From positions 1 to 12,931 of the forward strand of contig JBLWGC010000153.1 of the NCBI GenBank assembly GCA_048772705.1: a DNA stretch of 12,931 nucleotides, read 5' to 3'. How positions within the stretch are numbered: position 1 is the first letter of the stretch; the number at the start of each line of letters is the position of its first letter. A model generated the notes under the pieces. The model had not been told where the DNA came from and made no database searches. It was given only the letters and a program-made list of their open reading frames with translations. The translations under genes and the position numbers were made by a program. This document shows, one piece after another, positions 7,138-12,931 of the stretch. The DNA comes from Leidyana gryllorum EB-2025a. Lineage: Eukaryota; Protista; Apicomplexa.

Positions 7138-7210
7138 TCCACTGTAGTCTAAGTGGCTAGAATATGCGACTCTCACCCGCACGATCCGGGTTCAATTCCC
7201 GGCAGTGGAA
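7138..7210 (+). tRNA. trnE: tRNA-Glu(CTC), variant
   Basis: Shares both G>A variants with 3038; T-loop TTCAATT. Confidence 0.8.
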
Positions 7211-7267
7211 ATCCAGCAGAGTGTGCTTGTAGGCAACGGTTCCACTACTCCCAGAGACATTGATTTG

Positions 7268-7340
7268 CACCGCCCGCGGGGCTCGAACCCGCGACTGCAA
7301 GATTAAAAGTCTTGCGCTCTACCGACTGAGCTAGGGCGGC
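7268..7340 (-). tRNA. trnK: tRNA-Lys(TTT)
   Basis: Reverse complement of 2908-2980. Confidence 0.95.
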
Positions 7341-7468
7341 AAGGAAGCTCTAAACTTAGTTACACCCTATTTGCCGGTGGGTGGATCCGTGGAAGTATTG
7401 AGTGGTGGAACAATGTGCTTCAGTAACTTCCGTCAATACGGACTCATTCGTGATGTCCAGTTAACATT

Positions 7469-7539
7469 GCCTTCTTAGCTTGGGGCAGAGCATTCGCTTA
7501 GTAAGTGAAAGGTCGCCGGTTCGATTCGGGCAGAAGGCT
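7469..7539 (+). tRNA. trnT: tRNA-Thr(AGT), degenerate variant
   Basis: D-loop deletion; shares the T-stem mismatch with 5521. Confidence 0.65.
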
Positions 7540-7587
7540 TGGCTCACGAGCCAATCTATCCTGCAACTGTTCCCTTCTGCGCACACT

Positions 7588-7659
7588 TAGCAGTGCGTCG
7601 TTTCGATCGACGGACCTTTGCGTTATGAGCCTAACACTCTTCCACTGAGCTACACTGCT
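7588..7659 (-). pseudogene. Initiator tRNA-Met(CAT) with disrupted anticodon stem
   Basis: TTAGG-CT CAT AA-CGCAA: two of the three initiator G-C pairs are broken; the rest matches 2588. Confidence 0.75.
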
Positions 7660-7800
7660 CAGTCTGCAACATGGAAGAGGTAGCCGAAATGTGATCCTCG
7701 AGATGTTAGTTGCCCTGACTGCCCTACCGAAGCGGGCTAACGAGGTGGCTGTGTTGGTTCTGAGGGCAACATGTCCGGTCAAGTCAAACGACGACCAATA

Positions 7801-7870
7801 GGGCTGTTCTGGAATCGAACCGAGGACTCCTTCCACTCTGAGGAAGGATGATATCAGCAGAGCAACAGCC
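7801..7870 (-). pseudogene. tRNA-Pro-derived pseudogene, anticodon AGA
   Basis: Inverted paralog of 2382 with further changes. Confidence 0.8.
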
Positions 7871-7956
7871 GAATACTTGGGTGCATACAACCGGATATAC
7901 AAATGGAGATTCGAATCTACTGTGGCCTTTTCCAGCTTTTTTGGGATGATCGCCGC

Positions 7957-8040
7957 TGCACAGAATGGGATTCGAACCCATGCAGACTTGCGCCTACCAG
8001 AACTTGAGTCTGGCCCCTTAGACCACTCGGGCATCTGTGC
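7957..8040 (-). tRNA. trnL: tRNA-Leu(CAA)
   Basis: Reverse complement of 2210-2293. Confidence 0.95.
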
Positions 8041-8311
8041 ATTACTTGCCTTCTGAGTTCCAAAGTGTTAATGGCTTCCGTTGCGACCGCCAATGTCGTT
8101 CTGGCTGCGGTGTGCCGCCCCAAAGTACTCTCACGCCCCGCGGTGCTTAGATGGTAACGTATCTGACTGTAGTGGTGGCATCAGATATTCCACGAGTAAA
8201 TTCCGTCCCACCCGAAGTTGAGGAGTGGACTTCTTGCAACGCAATTCGTCTGACGCTCCTGTTCCATCCCATCCTGATCGATGCTTCGCCACCTCCACAG
8301 CCTCGCTCAAA

Positions 8312-8384
8312 GTCCGAGTCGTCTAGTGGGTTAGGACAGCACGTTGTGGCCGTGCAAACCCAGGCTCGATTCCTGGCTCGGACA
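8312..8384 (+). tRNA. trnH: tRNA-His(GTG)
   Basis: GTCCGAG/CTCGGAC, A73, no encoded G-1; GCACG-TT GTG GC-CGTGC; T54>C in the T-loop (CTCGATT). Confidence 0.83.
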
Positions 8385-8471
8385 GTATGTCTCCGGTGTC
8401 TCGGATGGAAACTCTTGCCCAATCGACAACGCTTGATCGCGACACACTCTCATTTAACGCCCCCGTTGATC

Positions 8472-8544
8472 GGCGGTATGGCCCAATGGATGTGGCATCG
8501 GTCCACGGAAGTGGGGATTGTGTGCTCGAGTCCCAGTAGCGTCT
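8472..8544 (+). pseudogene. tRNA-Arg(ACG)-derived pseudogene
   Basis: Arg-type D arm TGGCCCAATGGAT..GGC, loop CC ACG GA; related to 10634; stems decayed. Confidence 0.7.
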
Positions 8545-8605
8545 GGCCGAGTGGTCGGGTTTTATGATGCAACTCAGATTTTGTCTCAGCTGGGCAGACT
8601 TCACT

Positions 8606-8659
8606 CGGGATCGTACGAGTGAGAGCCGCATATCTTAGCCGACCTTGGAGAGACGTGGA
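8606..8659 (-). pseudogene. tRNA-Glu(CTC) remnant
   Basis: ggctaagatatgcggctctcactcgtacgatccc on the minus strand. Confidence 0.65.
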
Positions 8660-8680
8660 GTGAGTCAACAATTGTAAGAC

Positions 8681-8752
8681 GGGCTGTTCTGGGAATCGAA
8701 CCCAGGACTCCTTCCACCCTTAGGAAGGAACATACCACTAGACCAGACAGCG
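8681..8752 (-). pseudogene. tRNA-Pro(AGG), degenerate
   Basis: Loop TA AGG GT (U33>A); acceptor CGCTGTC mismatched at both ends. Confidence 0.72.
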
Positions 8753-8833
8753 GAATGGGAAGGGGGATACAACCGGCTACGTACAGGCGTAAACTCGAAG
8801 TGATGGCTAAATCCGCCCTGGAATGATTACCAT

Positions 8834-8913
8834 TGCACAGAATGGGTTCCGCAGCGATGCAGACTTGCGCCCACCAGAATGCCCTAGTGGGTAAGGCGCT
8901 GTCTTCAGACCCC
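8834..8913. pseudogene. Inverted paralog of the fused Leu half genes at 5021-5109
   Basis: tgcacagaatggg...atgcagacttgcgcccaccag joined to atgccctagtgggtaaggcgc. Confidence 0.68.
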
Positions 8914-9001
8914 ACTCACATGGTCGTTAGTATCTTTCTCCCGCCTTTAAGTTCACTGGCTACCCGAAGAAACCCCAGACTAATTATTTCGATGCTGCAA
9001 T

Positions 9002-9082
9002 GCGAGAATGCCCGAGAGGTTAAGGGGATGGCCTTAAGATCCACTGGTTAATTCCGCGTGGGTTCGAACCCCACTTCTCGCA
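9002..9082 (+). tRNA. trnL: tRNA-Leu(TAA), weak anticodon stem
   Basis: GCGAGAA/TTCTCGC and T arm fully paired; ATGGC-CT TAA GA-TCCAC. Confidence 0.78.
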
Positions 9083-9218
9083 TAAGGAGTCGAGTGTCGC
9101 TGGGAGAAAGGGTCGGCTACCGGCCGGACCCGCCGTAGTCAGATGCTGTACCAAGTGAGCGAACCCCCGTCGTGTGACCCTTGTACATCGAAGTTTGCTC
9201 CCGAACAGCCTCTATGAG

Positions 9219-9251
9219 CACCGCTTGCGGTGCTGCAACCCGCGACTGCAA
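9219..9251 (-). pseudogene. tRNA-Lys 3'-half remnant
   Basis: ttgcagtcgcgggttgcagcaccgcaagcggtg versus Lys ttgcagtcgcgggttcgagccccgcgggcggtg. Confidence 0.5.
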
Positions 9252-9397
9252 CACGCGAAGAGGCTATCGCTATCTATCCAATTCGCCATGTGGGCGGGCA
9301 GCATTTCAACAACCTTGGCCAGACAAGACAGAGGCAAGTGACCATACCGGGCTCTGAGCGAAGGCACACGCTCCACTCGATATATCAAACAGTCCCT

Positions 9398-9465
9398 GCG
9401 TCCATGGTCTAGCTGTCACGAAGTCTCTCCAGGCAGGGAGTCATGATTGATCCTCGGTGGCTGGA
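9398..9465 (+). pseudogene. tRNA-Val remnant
   Basis: ccatggtctag...gatcctcggtggctg plus the Val 3' flank gctcgca; centre scrambled. Confidence 0.6.
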
Positions 9466-9647
9466 GCTCGCATCTTTGGAGTGAGCACCGAACGAAGTCT
9501 ATAGCGAGCTGTGCTGTAAGACCGGCAATCGTACACAGGTGTTCCGCGTGACGGGCGGAAATACTAAAGACTTTGGTGGACCTGCCCAATGACTTGCATG
9601 GCTCCACCCTAAGGCAGATGGACTGTAACTAAGTTTCGCGTTTCCTT

Positions 9648-9720
9648 GTCGTCCTAGCTCTGTCGGTAGAGCGCAAGCCTCCTAATCTTGCAGTCGTAGA
9701 TTGAAGTCTCGTGGGCGGTG
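9648..9720 (+). pseudogene. tRNA-Lys-derived pseudogene, anticodon CCT
   Basis: Lys body and flanks (tgtaactaagttt); loop CT CCT AA; T arm decayed. Confidence 0.78.
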
Positions 9721-9754
9721 CGGACCAATGAGTCGGGAGTAAGAATGCAGTATG

Positions 9755-9899
9755 TTGCCTACAAGCCCACCCAGCTGCATTTCCGCTGCCGGGACTCGAA
9801 CCGGGATGGTGCGGGTAGGAGCCGCATATACTGACCACCTACACTAAAGGGGACGGGTCACCACAGTTGCACTGACGAATGAGGGCAGAAAAGGCCTGA
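9755..9899 (-). repeat. Inverted copy of 4668-4813 (Glu-derived pseudogene with flanks)
   Basis: Shared caggccttttctgccc.cattcgtcagtgcaact and aatgcag.tgggtg.gcttgtag flanks. Confidence 0.8.
9781..9853 (-). pseudogene. tRNA-Glu-derived pseudogene, anticodon CCT
   Basis: TGCGG-CT CCT AC-CCGCA; acceptor, D and T mismatches; paralog of 4715. Confidence 0.75.
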
Positions 9900-10095
9900 A
9901 AATCCTGAGTTCTACACAGGAAACCTGGGGCATCACGCGAGAGATCCGCGGATCGATAGCAAGGCTGTGCAGCTTTGTCACTGGTCCAGCCTCGGACATG
10001 ATGAAGAAAACGGAAATGATGGCTCTGATCATGTCGGCAGATTTGACACCTATCTAAGGATATAATTCTTCCTTGCCTGGAAGAAGATTGTAAGT

Positions 10096-10169
10096 GGGTC
10101 TTGCAGCTCAGTTGGGAGAGCATGTGGCTGTCAGCCACAAAGTCGCGGGTTCGAAACCTGTGAGATCCG
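10096..10169 (+). pseudogene. tRNA-Asn-like body with GTC anticodon (degenerate)
   Basis: GCTCAGTTGGGAGAGC D arm, TGTGG-CT GTC AG-CCACA, GGTTCGAAACC, G73; unrelated to the Asp body at 11245. Isotype is inferred. Confidence 0.6.
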
Positions 10170-10197
10170 GGTTTTACGGCGCTTTACTCTCTCCACG

Positions 10198-10259
10198 GCA
10201 CTTATGGTCTTGGACCCTTCAAAGGTCGTAACTCTGAGTATTTAAATACGGTGGGTGCA
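10198..10259 (+). pseudogene. tRNA-Gly(TCC) remnant (loop reads TCA)
   Basis: gcacttatggtct...gacccttcaaaggtcgtaac...ggtgca aligns to 10931; D arm deleted. Confidence 0.65.
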
Positions 10260-10272
10260 CCCGTACGCGCTT

Positions 10273-10345
10273 TGGACGACCTGGGCATCGATCCCAGTAC
10301 CTCTCGCATGCTAAGCGAGCGCTCTACCATTTGAGCTAGTCGCCC
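10273..10345 (-). tRNA. trnA: tRNA-Ala(AGC)
   Basis: Same sequence as 6825-6897. Confidence 0.95.
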
Positions 10346-10460
10346 ATTCAGCAAACCCCAGTACATCCAGTTCTTTTTACATGGTATGACCAATCTCACA
10401 ACTGCATCGATCATTTTCACCAGTTTGTGCTCCACTTTGCACAAACGAAGGCACGCAGGA

Positions 10461-10533
10461 AACGGCTGGAGGGACTCGAACCCTCAACCTTTGACTTAGG
10501 AGGGCAACGCGCTATCCATTGCACCACAACCGC
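10461..10533 (-). tRNA. trnR: tRNA-Arg(CCT)
   Basis: GCGGTTG/CAGCCGT; D-loop AATGGATA (A20); TTGCC-CT CCT AA-GTCAA (one mismatch); GAGGG-TTCGAGT-CCCTC. Confidence 0.85.
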
Positions 10534-10633
10534 ATTCGGGACGCATCCGACTTTTGAGTGGGACGAAACCGGGCTGCCCCGAAGTGTCTCCTGTTTCACC
10601 CAACCAGTATCGAGATGACCCAAGCCTATCCAT

Positions 10634-10706
10634 GGTGCGGTGGCCTAATGGATAGGGCATCGGTCTTCGGAACTGGGAGTTGTGGGCTCGAGTTCCATCC
10701 GCATCA
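10634..10706 (+). tRNA. trnR: tRNA-Arg(TCG), partly degenerate
   Basis: GGTGCGG/CCGCATC; TCGGT-CT TCG GA-ACTGG; T54>C and several G-U pairs. Confidence 0.68.
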
Positions 10707-10930
10707 TAGCCTCTCACTCGGAAGACATTCCGTTTCGACCGAGGCAAGCTTGCTAGCAGTTTGGGGAGCCACTGCCGCTCATGTCGAGTTGAAGTGCTAG
10801 TGATATGATTTTCTTTCGCTTGTGGGAGTGCTCGAATCGATTCCCGAGAAGTCCGTTTTTGAGTAGGTTGCAGACAGCTGGAGGCAGAAATTGCCCGAGT
10901 CTCTCGGGGTGCTGCAGATCTTTCGTAATT

Positions 10931-11001
10931 GCACTTGTGGTCTAAGGGTAGGATGCGACCCTTCCAAGGTCGTAACCCGGGTTCGAGTCCCGGCAGGTGC
11001 A
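10931..11001 (+). tRNA. trnG: tRNA-Gly(TCC)
   Basis: GCACTTG/CAGGTGC; CGACC-CT TCC AA-GGTCG; CCGGG-TTCGAGT-CCCGG. Confidence 0.9.
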
Positions 11002-11070
11002 GCCGTATGTTGCTCGAACGACTGTCTATCAGTGAAGTGAGGGGACCGAGTGCCAATACAATATAACGGT

Positions 11071-11150
11071 TGACAAGCGGGGGATTCGAACCAACGGCCT
11101 TTCGGACTGCGGCTTTAACACAGTGCCCTAGACCACTCGGCCATCTTGCC
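11071..11150 (-). pseudogene. tRNA-Leu(AAG)-derived copy, anticodon AAA
   Basis: GGCAAGATGGCCGAGTGGTCTAGGGC, CTGTG-TT AAA GC-CGCAG, long variable arm; T and acceptor mismatches. Confidence 0.75.
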
Positions 11151-11244
11151 GCAGTGTTCTTGGCTCGCCACTTTACACGTTTTCTGTCCGTGAAGTTTCG
11201 AGAAGGAAGACTTTCGCGGTTGAAGTCCGGCGCGTTGACGAGCG

Positions 11245-11316
11245 TCCGAGATAAAGTGGTGGTCAGCACTTCTGCCTGTCACGCGGAAGATCCGGGTTCG
11301 ATGCCCGGTTTCGGAG
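11245..11316 (+). tRNA. trnD: tRNA-Asp(GTC), D arm damaged
   Basis: TCCGAGA/TTTCGGA, G73; TCTGC-CT GTC AC-GCGGA; 5' strand of the D stem altered. Confidence 0.7.
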
Positions 11317-11351
11317 ATTGTCTCCTTTGGTTGCCGCTGAAAGTTGCAAGC

Positions 11352-11424
11352 TACAGCCACCGAGGATCGAACTCGGGACCTTCTGCGTGTGAAGCAGACG
11401 TCGTAACCGCTAGACCATGGCTGC
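11352..11424 (-). tRNA. trnV: tRNA-Val(CAC)
   Basis: Same body as 6339; loop TT CAC AC. Confidence 0.92.
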
Positions 11425-11518
11425 GCGGAGCTTTCGGACTGTGAAAGGGGCGTGTGTCTCTGGAAACAGGTATCTGATGAGGGGCGAAAACCACGGAATG
11501 CTATGAGGTCTGCACAGC

Positions 11519-11533
11519 GGGCGACTAGCTCAA
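11519..11533 (+). pseudogene. 5' 15-nt fragment of tRNA-Ala
   Basis: gggcgactagctcaa preceded by the Ala upstream flank (tctgcacagc), truncated just before the Gly gene. Confidence 0.55.
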
Positions 11534-11544
11534 CGAGATATTAT

Positions 11545-11615
11545 GCATCTGTGGTCTAGTGGTAGAATGTCTCGTTGCCATCGAGACGACCCGGGTTCGA
11601 TTCCCGGCAGATGCA
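11545..11615 (+). tRNA. trnG: tRNA-Gly(GCC)
   Basis: GCATCTG/CAGATGC; TCTCG-TT GCC AT-CGAGA; GGTTCGATTCC. Confidence 0.95.
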
Positions 11616-11677
11616 GAAGACACAGTTGGTTTTCCCACCATTCCAGGGATTCAAGCTTGAGTTGGTGTCTGACCGCA

Positions 11678-11760
11678 CGACAACTGCTGGATCTGCACCA
11701 GCCCGGCCCAGGCCCTGTAGAGATCAAATCTTCTCCCCTTCCCCACTCGGGCAAGTTGGC
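11678..11760 (-). pseudogene. tRNA-Ser(TGA)-derived pseudogene
   Basis: Aligns to 4089 with many substitutions; T-loop destroyed. Confidence 0.8.
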
Positions 11761-11857
11761 AACTGTCGAACTTAGTAACAGATTCCATCCGTATTCGTCG
11801 TAGAATGCTGGGGCTTCTTCGGGTCGAGGGCAACTCTGTATCGCAGATCCACTGCCT

Positions 11858-11931
11858 TGGTCACGTCCGGGCTCGAACCGGGGACCTTGAGCTTATTAGG
11901 CTCACGCTCTAACCGACTGAGCTACGCGACC
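11858..11931 (-). tRNA. trnI: tRNA-Ile(AAT)
   Basis: GGTCGCG/CGTGACC; TGAGC-CT AAT AA-GCTCA; one T-stem mismatch. Confidence 0.9.
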
Positions 11932-12050
11932 GCCTCCGACGACAGATGGCACCGATTCACTTACTTGATGCCTCTGCGTCGCCACTGCAATCCTTAGCAT
12001 GTACTGCTGGTGTTTTGAGCCCAGCCGCCTACTCCGATGATCGCAGCACA

Positions 12051-12132
12051 CGACAACTGCTGGACTTGAACCAGCGCGGGCCAGGCCCAGTAGATTTCTA
12101 GTCTACCCCCTTAACCACTCGGGCAAGTTGCC
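12051..12132 (-). tRNA. trnS: tRNA-Ser(AGA)
   Basis: Same body as 4089; loop CT AGA AA. Confidence 0.92.
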
Positions 12133-12202
12133 GCTGTCGAACTTGGCATTTTGCGGCCAGTGGCTTCACATACGATTCAGCCAGCTTTCCTAGGACTGCT
12201 CG

Positions 12203-12266
12203 CGCCGCCCGAACCCGCGGTTCTCCCTTCAAAAGTCTTGCGCTCTACCGACGGAGTTGGGGCGGC
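12203..12266 (-). pseudogene. tRNA-Lys(TTT) remnant with T-arm deletion
   Basis: gccgccccaactccgtcggtagagcgcaagacttttg...cgcgggttcgggcggcg on the minus strand. Confidence 0.72.
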
Positions 12267-12436
12267 GAGGATGCTCGCCCCGTACCCGAGGAAGGCACAG
12301 GATTCCACGATCAATACAAATGGAATTGGTTACTAAGTCCGAATTTGTATCAGAGATCCACTCACTTGATCACGCCGACATACCATCTTTTCCAAGACGG
12401 TACGGCTCTCGGCCGAAGCCCCAACTCAACCACTCG

Positions 12437-12508
12437 TCCACTGTAGTCTAAGTGGCTAGGTTATGCGGCTCTCACCCGTACATCCGGGTTCAAGACCCGG
12501 CAGTGGAA
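12437..12508 (+). tRNA. trnE: tRNA-Glu(CTC), variant (1-nt variable-loop deletion)
   Basis: TCCACTG/CAGTGGA; loop CT CTC AC; several substitutions. Confidence 0.75.
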
Positions 12509-12576
12509 GCTACTCGAGCAAAGTGCCTCAGTAATCCCCGTCAATAGTGACTGATTCTTGATCTTCGGCCTGGATT

Positions 12577-12648
12577 GCCTTCTTAGCTTAGGGGCAGAGC
12601 ATTCGCTTAGTAAGCGAAAGGTCGCCGGTTCGATTCCGGCAGAAGGCT
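12577..12648 (+). tRNA. trnT: tRNA-Thr(AGT)
   Basis: Fully paired: TTCGC-TT AGT AA-GCGAA; GCCGG-TTCGATT-CCGGC. Confidence 0.92.
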
Positions 12649-12740
12649 CGACTGCATCGACTAGGCACCTGCAAGCGGTAAGTCCCTTAGCCACGAAGCC
12701 GCAAGTTTGGAACCTGCCAGTACCTGAGGCACCCACAGGG

Positions 12741-12812
12741 GGCCGTTTGGTCTAGTGGTATGAATCTTCCTTCGGGTGGAAGAAGTCCTGGGTTCGACTC
12801 CCAGAACAGCCC
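12741..12812 (+). tRNA. trnP: tRNA-Pro(CGG), minor variant
   Basis: Pro body with one acceptor mismatch (GGCCGTT/AACAGCC). Confidence 0.83.
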
Positions 12813-12931
12813 GTCTGATAGTTGTTGACGCAACAAGGCACTCGCCCCATCCCGAGACAATGTCCCTGACAGCTAAGACAGGATCTGAGTTGTTGACTCA
12901 ACAGGCTACAACCCGACCATTCGCCCAGACG

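Larger units (their letters stand above)
6898..8158 (-). repeat. Module A copy 3, inverted
   Basis: Reverse complement of 2092-3263 and of 5189-6166. Confidence 0.92.
8681..9099 (-). repeat. Module B copy 2, inverted
   Basis: Reverse complement of 4833-5260 with substitutions and indels. Confidence 0.88.
2210..12812. other. Dense mixed-orientation tRNA gene/pseudogene array (~60-65 loci, 16 isotypes)
   Basis: Individually folded cloverleaves listed below, with short spacers reused among modules. Confidence 0.95.

Noticed and set aside
10198-10259. Selenocysteine or opal-suppressor tRNA
   Set aside because: Aligns to Gly(TCC), lacks the D arm and T-loop, and has none of the long-arm Sec architecture.
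10790-10855. Possible Pro-like relic (ctagtgatatgatt...tcgattccc); similar scraps near 3310, 6736, 9935 and 10061
   Set aside because: Too short or degenerate to fold or delimit reliably by eye.
2127-12755. ORF-track ORFs over the array, including the 257-aa ORF at 10496-11269 and the 178-aa ORF at 7498-8034
   Set aside because: They translate through tRNA genes and spacers (e.g. WSSG..., GFDS..., GSNP... peptides), show no domain-like features and are not kept open between paralogous modules.
2210-12812. CRISPR array, or a bacterial/phage tRNA array
   Set aside because: The repeats are tRNA genes on both strands with homologous spacers. Eukaryotic initiator features, A34 anticodons and the absence of encoded CCA exclude a prokaryotic origin.
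2210-12812. Nucleosome-length periodicity of tRNA spacing
   Set aside because: The mean is near 165 bp but start-to-start distances vary widely (about 120-210 bp in module A), so there is no real phasing.
2382-12812. tRNA-derived SINE family
   Set aside because: No common body or tail, poly-A or target-site duplications. Copies spread as multi-gene DNA segments.

Overview
Eukaryotic, probably protist, genomic DNA in two parts. (1) 1-~2090: the 5' end of a probable retroelement on the minus strand. It holds an uninterrupted 117-codon gag-like ORF (ATG at 352) that runs off the left edge and is absent from the ORF track, preceded by about 1.7 kb of non-coding leader/LTR-like sequence with unresolved boundaries. 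(2) ~2092-12931: a very dense, mixed-orientation array of about 60-65 tRNA genes, pseudogenes and fragments (roughly one per 165 bp) covering 16 isotypes: Leu, Pro, iMet, Thr, Lys, Glu, Ser, Ala, Asp, Val, Gln, His, Arg, Gly, Ile and Asn-like. The genes are of eukaryotic nuclear type: no encoded CCA, initiator tRNA with A1-U72 and an AUCG T-loop, His without G-1, and A34 anticodons. None has an intron. The array is built from direct and inverted duplications of multi-tRNA modules whose breakpoints fall in or at tRNA genes. Many copies are decayed or anticodon-switched, including a Gln body with an amber CTA anticodon, and almost none has an oligo-T Pol III terminator. The supplied ORFs over the array appear spurious. 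All calls are from manual reading, and the intact/pseudogene split needs tRNAscan-SE confirmation.
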